Part shown: in pieces, positions 11,618 to 22,974 of the stretch
How positions within the stretch are numbered: the stretch's first letter is position 1
Layout: the number at the start of each line of letters is the position of its first letter
NCBI RefSeq assembly: GCF_964213995.1
Contig: NC_135816.1
Span: forward strand, 60,574,001 to 60,638,000
Length of the DNA stretch: 64,000 nucleotides
From: Mustelus asterias
Lineage: Eukaryota
Reading direction: 5' to 3'
Notes under the pieces: model-generated
Databases searched by the model: none
Told to the model about the DNA's origin: nothing
Seen by the model: only the letters and a program-made list of their open reading frames with translations
Program-made: the position numbers and the translations under genes

Positions 11618-12236
11618 GAGAGAAAAAAAACTACAGCTACCGGCAGGCTTCGCGATGCGGCCTTCCGGTTTCCGTTAATTACAAGAAACCTCCCGAAAAT
11701 TAGACAAAAAAAACCCCAGAATTTACTCACAGTCCGCGCTCTCTCTCTCACCGCTCACAGTCTCCACCCCGCAGGTCCGCTCCCAGAGGAACACTGAGGC
11801 CGCTACCCCGAGGCGAGTACTTATAAGGTAAGTGAGAGAAAAAAAAAAACTACAGCTACCGGCAGGCTTCGCGATGCGGCCTTCCGGTTTCCGTTAATTA
11901 CAAGAAACCTCCCGAAAATTAGACAAAAAAAACCCCAGAATTTACTCACAGTCCGCGCTCTCTCTCTCACCGCTCACAGTCTCCACCCCGCAGGTCCGCT
12001 CCCAGAGGAACACTGAGGCCGCTACCCCGAGGCGAGTACTTATAAGGTAAGTGAGAGAAAAAAAAAAACTACAGCTACCGGCAGGCTTCGCGATGCGGCC
12101 TTCCGGTTTCCGTTAATTACAAAAAACCTCCCGGAAATTAGACAAAAAAAAAAACCCAGAATTTACTCACAGTCCGCGCTCTCTCTCTCACCGCTCACAG
12201 TCTCCACCCCGCAGGTCCGCTCCCAGAGGAACACTG
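11618..12236 (-). promoter_or_regulatory. Tandem 5'UTR monomers (216 bp, 219 bp, partial third copy) with TATA, Inr and ETS-like motifs
   Basis: Units start at 11618, 11834 and 12053. On the minus strand TATAAG (11825-11820; 12044-12039) lies 30 nt upstream of the A of TCAGTG. AACCGGAAG occurs in each unit. Confidence 0.75.
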
Positions 12237-12300
12237 GCAACAGTATTTGACAACAGGATCAAAATATCCCCAAGGACACTCCAGGATACTTTCAGGATAC

Positions 12301-13100
12301 GTGGGCAAGTGCGAGGTCGTACACTTTGGAAAAAAGAATAGAGGCATGGACTATTTTCTAAACGGTGACAAAATTCATAATGCTAAAGTGCAAAGGGACT
12401 TGGGAGTCCTAGTCCAGGATTCTCTAAAGGTAAACTTGCAGGTTGAGTCCGTAATTAAGAAAGCAAATGTAATGTTGTCATTTATCTCAAGAGGCTTGGA
12501 ATACAAAAGCAGGGATGTACTTCTGAGGCTTTATAAAGCACTGGTTAGGCCCCATTTGGAGTACTGTGAGCAATTTTGGGCCCCACACCTCAGGAAGGAC
12601 ATACTGGCACTGGAGCGGGTCCAGCGGAGATTCACACGGATGATCCCAGGAATGGTAGGCCTGACATACGATGAACGTCTGAGGATCGTGGGATTATATT
12701 CATTGGAGTTTAGGAGGTTGAGGGGAGATCTGATAGAAACTTACAAGATAATGAACGGCTTAGATAGGATGGACGTAGGGAAGTTGTTTCCATTAACAGG
12801 GGAGACTAGGACGCGGGGGCACAGCCTTAGAATAAAAGGGAGTCACTTTAGAACAGAGATGAGGAGAAATTTCTTCAGCCAGAGAGTGGTGGGTCTGTGG
12901 AATTCATTGCCACAGAGGGCTGTGGAGGCCGAGACGTTGAGAGTCTTCAAGACAGAAATTGATAAATTCTTGATTTCTCGAGGAATTAAGGGCTATGGGG
13001 AGAGAGCGGGTAAATGGAGTTGAAATCAACCATGATTGAATGGTGGAGTGGACTCGATGGGCCGAATGGCCTTACTTCCGCTCCTATGTCTTATGGTCTT
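12301..13100 (+). mobile_element. 5'-truncated CR1 LINE (young, ORF2 end open)
   Basis: ORF to 13023 with KCEVVHFG...LVRPHLEYC...RRLRGDLIETYK. Tail TCTTATGGTCTTA. Confidence 0.93.
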
Positions 13101-13900
13101 AGGAGAGTTCCAATATTTTTACCTACCTGCAATGTGGGTGCCTGGCCCTTTAAATGACACCATTGCCTCTTCCTGCTTCTTTCTTTCATTTCTGGCAAAT
13201 GCAGGCATTGTCAGGTCCTGGCATCACATCAGCTGGTTAGGCACTGCGACATCACGATAACAGCAATTCAATACTCTGGGACACACTTCGGGGACACAGT
13301 CACATGCATCAATATAAATGAAGAATGTCATACACAGGTAGCCCCCAGAGAAGCAAGGTAATCATTTGTAGCACTGTTAGAAGCAGCGCAATGTGAGGGA
13401 ATTTCTCACCCAGGTTAGTTATTTCTTTAATGTCAGGACAGGCAATGAGTTATTAGATCAGCAAAATACACAGAAATATGAAAGACCTCAGCGACGGCAT
13501 ATTGGTGTCAAGGTGGGTTCATATTTTGGGAGCACCTGCTTTCCCTGGATACTCCATGAGTTATGTTGATGCATTCGTAATTACTTGTGTCACTTACATT
13601 TCTGTGTATACAGGTGCTGTCAAAGCTACTGCTGAACCAAGTGACCTAATTCCTTTACTTTACTCACTTTCTGCTATCACACACACACACACACACAGCC
13701 CTGCAGCAAAATACAGTAATCAAAGGTGTAAGTAACAGTGGCCATTTCAAAGTTCAAAACATTTCTATTCAGCTAGTAAATGGCTGTTAAAATCTCAAGT
13801 CATTCTGAATTGGGTATGTTTCATATTAAAATAGGGAGATCCTAGCTAGGGCACAGATACTGATCTCTCAATAGCTCGCAAAAATAAATTAAATTGTCAC

Positions 13901-14280
13901 GTAATTTTTAAATTTGCAGAAGAGCTAGTTTCATCCCGGTCACTGTAACTTCCTTAAGGGATGCTGATGTAACATCCGTTGCCTTAACCGATGATGAAAA
14001 ATTATTCAGGTGAGCGACCGATAATATATACATCAGAGAGGAGGCAGTGGAACCAATCTTAGGCCTTTCATTTCAGTTGACATATGAAGAACTGTTTAAT
14101 ACTCAGAGAGATATGAATGCCTGCCTCTCCAGTTGTTGAGATATCCACCAGTGAGTTGACCACACGCTCCTCAATGAATGGCTGAACAGCACTTGAATGC
14201 ATTCCAGCAGCAAGAACCTTGCCAATCATCATCAGTGATTTACCTGATGGCCCATGATTTAAGATTCAAGAAATACCTTC
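13901..14280 (-). pseudogene. Decayed exon, ARM-like helical sequence
   Basis: Strong acceptor TTCTGTTCGTCTCTGTAG. Reads EGIS*ILNHGPSGKSLMMIGKVLAAGMHSSAVQPFIEERVVNSLVDISTTGEAGIHISLS, frameshift, LNSSSYVN*NERPKIGSTASSLMYILSVAHLNN... Possible GTGACA donor at 13900. Confidence 0.55.
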
Positions 14281-14415
14281 CTACAGAGACGAACAGAATT
14301 TAAATCTCAATGCTCCCTCTGCTGTAAAATGAAGGAACTGCAACCTGATCCAGAAGTAAGGTAATTAAGTTAATCTGTAATCTCACAGTTCTAGGAGGAA
14401 AATAAATCATTGAAT

Positions 14416-14575
14416 CATAGAGACCCTACGGTGCAGAAGGAGGCATCTGGCCCATTGTGCCTGCATCGACAACAATCCCAGGCCTTATCGCCGTAACCCC
14501 ACATATTTACCCAGCTAATCCCCCTGACACTAAGGGGCAATGCCGCATGGCCAATCAACCTAACCCGCACATCTC
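14416..14575 (-). mobile_element. Truncated HE1-like SINE
   Basis: Tail and body match the other copies; head is missing. Confidence 0.75.
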
Positions 14576-14958
14576 TAGGTCTGCAGTTCTGGAAAAGAAC
14601 AGGTTGGAAGAGGAAAACAGATTATCCTTCATCTTAACAGACAGGAAGCAGTTGTAGCATACAGGAGGACACATTTGGAGCTTAGGAGGAAGAAGGGAAA
14701 TATTCTGAGCATTTTTTTAAAATTCAGATATTAATAGAGAAAACTATTGTCAAGAGATTGAAGGGTGGAGCTGGGAAAAGAATTACTTATCAATTAAGTT
14801 AAATGTATGAGGTAAAGGGAGGATTAAATGAACAAAAGCTCACCCTGAATTCAGTTCCTGCTGTTTAATCCTTCATTAATTTTAAACCAAAAGTTGGAAT
14901 TTTCTCCTTGGTGCTAAAATAGATTCTCACAACATGCCACCAGACAGGGCACTATAAC

Positions 14959-15221
14959 CCAGCTCAATACTCTCTCTGCAGAATAGCGAAGGAACTACAA
15001 TCTGATCCGAGCAACAGCACTGTGAAGTATCTTGGAGAGATATGGACCAAAGGTCTTGTCGCATTAGTGTGATCAGGACTGTAAGGGTTAATGTGAGACT
15101 GGGGAAACAGTACTGCCCACATTATGATGTTGAAAGAGTCCCATGGGAGAAGAGGAATGCAGTAGTGAGTCCGTTGGAAGTCAAAATGAAGATAGCGCTT
15201 AGTCAGCATTGTATCCTCTGT
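14959..15221 (-). pseudogene. Candidate decayed exon
   Basis: AG acceptor at 15223-15222 and GT at 14958-14957. The reading frame is ambiguous (one frame gives LSAIFILTSNGLTTAFLFSHGTLS...LTLTVLITLMRQDL). Confidence 0.4.
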
Positions 15222-15814
15222 CTGTACAGAGTTCTGTGTTATTAATAAACAGTTATTGTTCAGCTCTCTATACCCATTCATGAGACAATATACAATCGTA
15301 CAAAAGGTTTGGCATGCTTTATTCTCCAGGCTCCAGTGCAGTCAGCTCCCTCAGAGCTACTTTCTATGTGGTTCTTTGACCACCTGCTGCCATCTTTTGC
15401 CCTTTCTTCATCAATCTCCTTTCTCACACTGTTTAACCTCACCTGGCTCTAAGTCAGTGCATTTAAGTCTGGACTATAATGGCTAACTTAAACCACCATG
15501 ATCCACCTCCCAGCAATTTCTCCTCTTTTCCTCAGTAAGCCTACAGCTTTCCTCTGCATCTTTGTTGACATCGTCTGAACAGCCATTAAGGTAATCATCC
15601 CTATCACCTTACACAAACTGCCCGTTCCTACTCTCTCACTTACTTTCCCTCTCAGCACATCTGCTAGGTTTAGACTTGCCAATCTCCTCCCAGACCATCT
15701 CACTCTCCCAGTATTTGTACTGCATATCAAAGCGTCACATGCCAACAAGCCAGCACACACAGCAAATGGAAATGAAATGGGATTATTTATTTCCAACCAC
15801 ATCCTCCTTTCCCT

Positions 15815-16665
15815 TTTTTTATTCATTCAAGAGAAGTGGTCATCGCCGGCTATGACAGCATTTATTGCCCATCCCAAATTGCTCTTGAGAAGTTAGTGGT
15901 GAGCCACCTTCTTTAATTTCTGCAGTCCCTGTAGTGTAGGTACACCCACAGTGTGGTTAGGGAGGGAATTCCAGGATTTTGACGCAGTGACAGTGAAGGA
16001 ACAGCAATATAGTTCCAAGTCAAGATGTGAATGGCTTGGAGGGGAACTTGCGAGTGGTGATGTTCCTATGTGATTGCTGCTTTTGTCTTGCTAGGTGCTA
16101 GAGGTCATGGGTTTGGAAGGTGCTGTCGAAGAAGATGCGACAAGTTGCTACAACGCATCTTGTAGATGGTACATACTGCTGTCACAGTGCTTCAGTGATG
16201 GGGGAACAAATGCATAAGGTGACGGTGAATAGAGTGCAAATCAAATGAGCTGCTTTGTCCTGCATGGTGTTGAACTTCTTGAGTGTTGTTGGGTGCTGAA
16301 CTCATCCAGGCAAATGGACAGTATACCATCACACTCCTGACTTGTGCCTTGTAGATGGCAGACAGGCTTTGGTGAATCAGGATGTAAGTTACTAGCCACA
16401 GAAATCCCAGCCTCTGACCTTGGAGCTAGAGATTTTATATTGCTGCTCCAGTTCAGTTTCTGGTCAGTGGTAATCCTTGGATGTTCATAGTGGGGGATTC
16501 AGCAATGATAATGCTATTGACTGCCAAGGGAACATGGTTTGATTCTCTCTTGCTGTAGATGATCATTATCTGGTATTTTTGTGGCGTGAATATTATTTGC
16601 AATTATCAGCCCAAATCTGAATGCTGTTCAGATCTTGCTGTATTTGGGCATGGACTGCTTCAGTG
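15815..16665 (-). mobile_element. Old LINE 3' fragment (CR1/L2-group)
   Basis: Same family as 1-40, 36940-37254 plus 41452-41540, and 53730-54645. Ends in TGAATGAATAAAA. Confidence 0.7.
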
Positions 16666-17064
16666 TTGACTGTTTGCACCAGTGAGTTCAGCTGTTCTAG
16701 GTTAAGATGGGATGTTAGCTGAAGCATCTTGGTTGAATATTGTAGCACTAATTTCCAAGCAATGTACATGCTGATGTCTCAATCTGGCTACACTGCATAC
16801 ATCCAGCACATGCACCCTGCACCTATGCTTATTATTGTGTTTTTAACGCCTTGGAGTTGTGCAGATGTACCAGTTTCTATGCCTAAACGGGAACTTTATT
16901 GACAGTGCTTTTAAAATGTCTTTGCGCTCTAATGTTTCCAGCTGTTTCCTTCAGTTTAGTTTCTGTTTCTCTGTAACCACACCCAGGCGTGACTAATAGC
17001 ACACAAAAAACAATCAACAGACACACACAATCAAACACCAAACAAGCGAAAAATCAAATGCAAC

Positions 17065-17775
17065 CTTTTCCAAGATGACATCTGAACAGGTTGGTACCAG
17101 CAATGTGGATGCTGCCAATGCCAGATTGGACTGGATACAGCACCTGGTAGCACCAAGAAGATGGGCATTAGCCAAACAAATTTTGCAGACTTAGTCTTGA
17201 CATGCAATGTCTTGGAATTTTGCGGCTGCAATACTGGCTTTTTATGAGTCGAACACCTTTTTTAGAAACCAATGTCCTTTCTGATTTCCTGTTGTTGGGT
17301 TCTTTTCTTTTAGCTTTAAGGAATTATTGCAGACTACCCAGCTACTCAACTAGTGACTATAACAATCCAAACTAACCCACAAAAGTGAATACAAAGTTAA
17401 CTTAGCCACGGAATATAGAGGTCGTTCCCTTCAAATGTAGGATAAGCATGGTTCAGAACCTATCCTGGTGCAGCAGTTTCATTAATCTATGTCCATTTAG
17501 AAGACGAAATTCAGTGGGATTGCATATTTGCTGCATCGCTATAGGTCAGTAATAAATGAACAAGGCAAAAATAGGATTTCCTCTTATCCATGCTTCAGTT
17601 CAGTGCTATCTTGATGTTCCTGTATTTAATGGTTTCAGCCTTGGATAAGCCCTCTGAGGATAGATTGTGAGCATAGTATTCACATTTATCACAGAAAATT
17701 GTAAACCCACAAAATAATGTTCTCTGCTAGTTCTGGTCACGATTGAATTTCCCAAGGGCTTTGGTGAAGCTTAGA
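17065..17775 (-). pseudogene. One or two decayed exons
   Basis: ...FTKALGKFNRDQN*QRTLFCGFTIFCDKCEYYAHNLSSEGLSKAETIKYRNIKIALN*...YPTFEGNDLYIPW; then SLVE*LGSLQ*FLKAKRKE...LALAASTLLVPTCSDVILEK followed by GT at 17064. Confidence 0.45.
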
Positions 17776-18492
17776 ATTTAGGAAAGAAAATTTTAAAGGG
17801 AATCTTCTCTTTGAGGTCTGAACATGTAGTTATCTCATAGAACTACAAGGTCGGAGCTACTTTAAGGCATTGTGGCACTTTACACTGAAGCAGAAGTAAG
17901 TGCTTTGAAGATTTTAACTCAATTTTTAATCGAATATATTTTAAAGAGGTTAGCAACAGGTGCTAAAACAGCAAGAACTGAATTAAATGAGAACAAAAAA
18001 ATTGTATTTATATTTATCGCATCCTTAGGACATTGCGAAGTATTAAACAAGCAACAAATCACTGTTATGTACAGAAATGGTGACAGTCAATTGCAGACTA
18101 CAAACTTCCACAAACATAAATCGCGATGAATAACCCAGTTAATATGTTCTTTTATGCAGGATTTTCAGAGAGGAATGTAATTCTGAACACCCTTTCCAAA
18201 TCGCTATGCAGAATCATTTGCATCCACCTAAACAAGCAGCCAGAATTACAAATTCAGCCGCCAGAAGGTAGCGCTGCCAATGCTGCACTCCTTCAACTGT
18301 CACAGTGTCAGCTTGGATTATTTACTTGGATCCTGGAGTGCAGCTTGAATGGGAAATCTTTTTCACTCAGGGGGAACGAGCATTGCCAATGAGACGGGGT
18401 TTGTTGCTCTGTAACAAGCACATGGAGGACATTCAACCCAAAGAGTTAAAATGACATACTGTGATACACAACTTATACCAGCAGTGACACAG

Positions 18493-18618
18493 AGGGTAGA
18501 ATTTTCCCGTCCCGCCCACCACAGGAATCGTAGCAGACGGGGGTGGACCATGCAAATGTTAGTTGACCTCAGGTGGGATTTTCCGGCCTTGGGGCGAGAG
18601 CGACCAAAAAATCCCGCC
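18493..18618. mobile_element. Harbinger-like MITE
   Basis: TIR GGGTAGAATTTT...AAAATCCCGCCC with 3-bp TSD AGA. A second copy lies at 36391-36516. Confidence 0.75.
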
Positions 18619-18668
18619 CAGAATGTCACTGAATAATTGTGATATTTCTGGACAACTACCTAACCAAA

Positions 18669-21070
18669 GAGTCATAGAGTCATAGGAGTTTACAGCATGG
18701 AAACAGGCCCTTCGGCCCATCTTGTCCATGCTGCCCTTTTTTAAAAAACCCCGAAGTTAGTCCCAATTGTCCGCATTTGGCCCATATCCCTCTATACCCA
18801 TCGTGCCCATGTAAATGTCTAAATGCTTTTTAAAAGACAAAATTGTACCCACCTCTACTACTACCTCTGGCAGCTTGTTCCAGACACTCACCACCCTCTG
18901 TGTGAAAAGATTGCACAGACACTGGACACTTTTGTATCTCTCCCCTCTCACCTTAAACCTATGCCCTCTAGTTTTAGACTCCCCTACCTTTGAGAAAAGA
19001 TATTGACTATCTAGCTGATCTATGCCCCTCATTATTTTATAGACCTCTACAAGATCACCCCTCAGCTTTCTGCGCTCCAGAGGCAAAAGTCCCAGTCTAT
19101 CCAACCTCTCCTTATAATCAAACCATCAAATCCCAGTAGCATCCTAGTAAATCTTTTCTGCGCTCTTTCTAGTTTAATAATATCCTTTCTATAATAGGGT
19201 GACCAGAACTGTACACAGTATTCCAAGTGTGGCCTTACCAATGTCTTGTACAACTTCAACAAGACGTCCCAACTCCTGTATTCAATGTTCTGACCAATGA
19301 AACCAAGCATGCTGAATGCCTTCTTCGCCACTCTGTCCACCTGTGACTCCACTTTCAAGGAACTATGAACATGTACCCCTAGATCTCTTTGTTCTGTAAC
19401 TCTCCCCAATGCCCTACCATTAACTGAGTAAGTCCTGCCCTGGTTCAATCTACCAAAATGCATCACCTCGCATTTGTCTAAATTAAACTCCATCTGCCAT
19501 TCGTCAGCCCACTGGCCCAATTTGATTTGATTTGATTTATTATTGTCACATGTATTAACATACTGTGAAAAGTATTGTTTCTTGCGCGCTATACAGACAA
19601 AGCATACCGTTCATAGAGAAGGAAACAAGAGAGTGCAGAATGTAGTGTTACAGTCATAGCTAGGGTGTAGAGAACGATCAACTTAATGTAAGGTAAGTCC
19701 ATTCAAAGGTCTGACAGCAGCAGGGAAGAAGCTGTTCTTTAGTCGGTTGGTACGTGACCTCAGATTTTTGTATCTTTTTCCCGAAGGAAGAAAGTGGAAG
19801 AGACAATGTCCGGGGTACGTGGGGTCCTTAATTATGCTGGTTGCTTTGCCGAGGCAGCAAGAAGTGTAGACAGAATCAATGGATGGGAGGCTGGTTTGTG
19901 TGATGGATTGGGCTACATTCACGACCTTTTGCAGTTCCTTGTGGTCTTGGACAGAGCAGGAGCCATACCAAGCTGTGATACAACCAGAAAGAATGCTTTC
20001 TATGGTGCATCTGTGAAAGTTGGTGAGAGTCGTAGCTGACATGCCAAATTTCCTTCGTCTTCTGAGAAAGTAGAGGCGTTAGTGGGCTTTCTTAACTATA
20101 GTGTCGGCATGGGGGGACCAGGACAGATTGTTGGTGATCTGGACACCTAAAAACGTGAAGCTCTCGACCCTTTCTACTTCGTCCCCGTTGATGTAGTCAG
20201 GAGCATGTTCTCCCTTACACTTCCTGAAGTCGATGACAATCTCCTTCGTTTTGTTGACATTGAGGGAGAGATTATTGTTGCCAAACCAGTTCACCAGATT
20301 CTCTATCACATTCCTGTACTCTGTCTCGTCATTGTTTGAGATCCGATCTACTACGGTGGTGTCGTCAGCAAACTTGAAAATCGAATTGGAGGGGATTTGG
20401 CTGCACAGTCATAAGTGTATAAGGAGTATAGTCGGGGGCTGAGAACACAGCCTCGTGGGGCACCGGTGTTGAGGATGATCGTGGAGGAGGTGTTGTTGCC
20501 TATCCTTACTGATTGTGGTCTGTGAGTTAGGAAGTTCAGGATCCAGTTGCAGAGGGAGGTGCCGAAGCCTAGGCCACGGAGTCTGGAGATGAGTTTCGTG
20601 GGAATAATAATGTTGAAGGTTGAGCTGTAGTCAATAAATGGGAGTCAGACATAGGTCTCCTTGTTATCTAGGTGTTCCAGGGTTGAGTGCAGGGCCAGGG
20701 AAATGGTGTCTGCTGTGGACTTGTTGCAGCGGTAGGCAAACTGGATCCCAGGTAATCCAGGAAGCTGGAATTGATTCGTGCCATGACTAACCTTTCGAAG
20801 TAATTGATCAAGATCCCGTTACAATCCGAGATAACTTTCTTCACCGTCCACTATGCCACCAATCTTGGTGTCATCTGCAAACTTACTAACCATGCCTCCT
20901 ATATTCTCATCCAAATCATTAATATAAATGACAAATAACAGTGGACCCAGCACTGAGGCACACCGCTGGTCACAGGCCTCCAGTTTGAAAAATAACCTTC
21001 TACAACCACTTTCTGGCTTCTGTCATCAAGCCAATTTTGTATCCATTTAGCTACCTCACCCTGGATCCCA
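18669..21070 (-). mobile_element. Truncated CR1 split by a Rex-Babar insertion (18669-19520 and ~20801-21070)
   Basis: CR1 RT motifs in ORFs 18757-19104, 19062-19520 and 20899-21070. The sequence GGCCCAATTGATCAAG is interrupted at 19520. Confidence 0.92.
19521..20800 (-). mobile_element. Rex1/Babar-type non-LTR retrotransposon 3' fragment
   Basis: FADDT at ~20355-20370, LSLNVNKTKEIVIDFRK, FHRCTIESILSGCITAWYG. Tail AATAAA(TCAAA)n. Confidence 0.88.
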
Positions 21071-21071
21071 T

Positions 21072-21251
21072 GAGAGAAAAATAAACATCCAAAATCTAAA
21101 ACTTTATCCGAAGGAATAGTGTACCAGGCACAATGAAGAATAGTTGGCATTTTCCAAAGAATCAGAAATGCCAAATTTATTGGGAATAATGAACTTCCGC
21201 TGATTCGTACATAGCTTTATAAATTGAGGTTTATAGATGCCCTTGGACCAT
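21072..21251 (-). pseudogene. Candidate decayed exon truncated by CR1
   Basis: Polypyrimidine tract ending CCAA (mutated acceptor). Reads WSKGIYKPQFIKLCTNQRKFIIPNKFGISDSLENANYSSLCLVH, frameshift, IPSDKVLDFGCLFFS. Confidence 0.4.
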
Positions 21252-21354
21252 TTGGAAGAAGAAAATGAATTGTCTTTTCATTGTAGCATCATTCACAACC
21301 TCAGGTAATCCTTAGGAATTTTTACTTCACTGAAATAGTTTTAAAAAGCAACCA

Positions 21355-21552
21355 TTGTCCCAGATGACCAACGGCTGCTCTCCCCTTTGAGGGGGAGAGC
21401 TGACTGGTATGATTTGACCCGAGGATCACCGTACCTTAGGCAAGGGGCCCAGTTGAGAAGACCGGCCCTTCATGAATAACCTCAGCCGGTACAGGAATTG
21501 AACCCACACTGTTAGCATCACTCTGCATCATGAACCAACTGTCCAGCCAACA
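21355..21552 (-). mobile_element. tRNA-derived SINE (second family)
   Basis: Minus-strand B box GGTTCAATTCC and internal hairpin GCTCTCCCCCTCAAAGGGGAGAGC. Confidence 0.65.
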
Positions 21553-22172
21553 TTGCTGCATGCTTGCCTTCATCGGTCGGGGCATTGAGTATAAAAATTG
21601 GCAGGTCATGCTACAGCTGTACAGAACCTTAGTTAGGCCTCATTTTGAATATTGTGTACAATTCTGGTCACCACACTACCAGAAGGATGTGGATGTTTTG
21701 GAGAGGGTGCAGGAGAGGTTTAACAGGATGTTGTCTGGTATGAGGGCATTAGCTATGAGGAGAGGTTGGATAACCTTAGTTTGTTCTCACTGGAATGACG
21801 GAGGCTGAGGGGGTGACCTGATAGAGGTCTACAAGATTATGAGTGGCATGGACAGAGTGGATAGTTAGATGCTCTTTCCTAGGGTAGAAGTGTCAAGTAC
21901 TAGGGGACATAGGTTTAAGGTGAGTGGGGAAAAGTTTAGAGGAGATGTGCAAGGCAAGTTTTTTTTACGCAGAAGGTGGTGAATGTCTCGGACGCAATGC
22001 CTGGGGAGGTGGTGGGAGTAGATACGATAGCAGCATTTAAGGGGCAACTAGACGAATACATGAATAGGATGGGGAATGGAAGGATATGGACTTCATAAGT
22101 GCATACAGGTTTAGTTTAGGCAGGCATCATGATCGGCACAAGCTTGGAGGGCCGAAGGACCTGTTCGTGTGC
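21553..22172 (+). mobile_element. Truncated, degenerate CR1
   Basis: LAFIGRGIEYKNWQVMLQLYRTLVRPHFEYC. Its 3'UTR is cut at the ERV LTR. Confidence 0.9.
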
Positions 22173-22952
22173 TGAATGATCTTGGATTATGGGAATGTAA
22201 GCCAGCCAGGGCTGTTGCCATAGAAGACAGCTCTGCATAATTAACAAATATTTCTCATTTAAAACATGTATTTTGAATTTACAAGATGGATGTGTTTTGC
22301 TTTTGGTTACATTTTGTGAAACGTCAGTCAGTGACAAAATACAGAGAGAGGGAAGGAACAGTAGATTTACTGAAAGCAGTAATGCTATCAGCAGTGGTCG
22401 GGAACAAGATGGTTACCAATGCTAGCCTTATGAATAGGGTCAGACAACTCTGAGAGATAACGCAGGTGACGAGCAAACATGAAGAATTTCTCAGCGTCGG
22501 ACATGAGTCACGTGGGTTCAATTCAGTGGGAATCATTCACCCATTTCACTGTCCAGCATCCCATATTACTGGGCAACAGAAGGGAGGTAATGTCCATAAT
22601 TTAATAACAAATGAAACCTCATTGGGTCATGACGTGTATTGTTATTGCCTGGAATTAATGACAGGATGATTATTGACTGATTTGTATTAATGTTTACTGG
22701 ATAATCTCCACCGGAAAGGTGGGCAATGTGATTTTGGGAATCTATAATTGCCTTCACAGGGGCATTGTTCTTCAGACTGATATCCAGTTGCCCGCATTCT
22801 ATACCTTGAGTGCAGGGCTTCCTCAAATCATTCTTCCAATTGATCGTTTGGTTAAATAAAGTCACGTCTTCAACATCAGTGCACTGTATTTTTGAGTCTT
22901 TGTATTAGCTTTAGTGGTTATACATAGCCTCGAGAGGAAACCCCCGTCTATA
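22173..22952 (+). repeat. ERV 5' LTR (first 77 bp missing)
   Basis: Aligns to 31185-31903. Ends ...CCCCGTCTATA. AATAAA at 22855. Confidence 0.93.
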
Positions 22953-22955
22953 ATT

Positions 22956-22974
22956 TGGCGCTGCGGAGCAGGGT
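22956..22974 (+). promoter_or_regulatory. Primer-binding site, most like tRNA-Ser(UGA)
   Basis: TGGCGCTGCGGAGCAGGGT starts 3 nt after the LTR. The vertebrate tRNA-Ser(UGA) complement is TGGCGCAGCGAGCAGGGT. Confidence 0.65.

Larger units (their letters stand above)
7587..12236 (-). mobile_element. Full-length CR1 LINE with intact ORFs, potentially retrotransposition-competent
   Basis: 3' (TTCTATG)n tail at 7587-7606, uninterrupted ORF2 and ORF1, and a 5'UTR with three near-identical monomers. Confidence 0.96.

Noticed and set aside
13920-14009. Apparent 90-bp plus-strand exon (TTTGCAG...CAG|GTGAGC, open frame)
   Set aside because: No partner plus-strand exons were found, and it is the in-register antisense of the longer minus-strand fossil exon. 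It cannot be fully excluded without RNA data.
13901-17775. In-frame TGA codons as selenocysteine or readthrough
   Set aside because: TAA/TAG stops, frameshifts and exonic TE insertions also occur, so decay explains them better.
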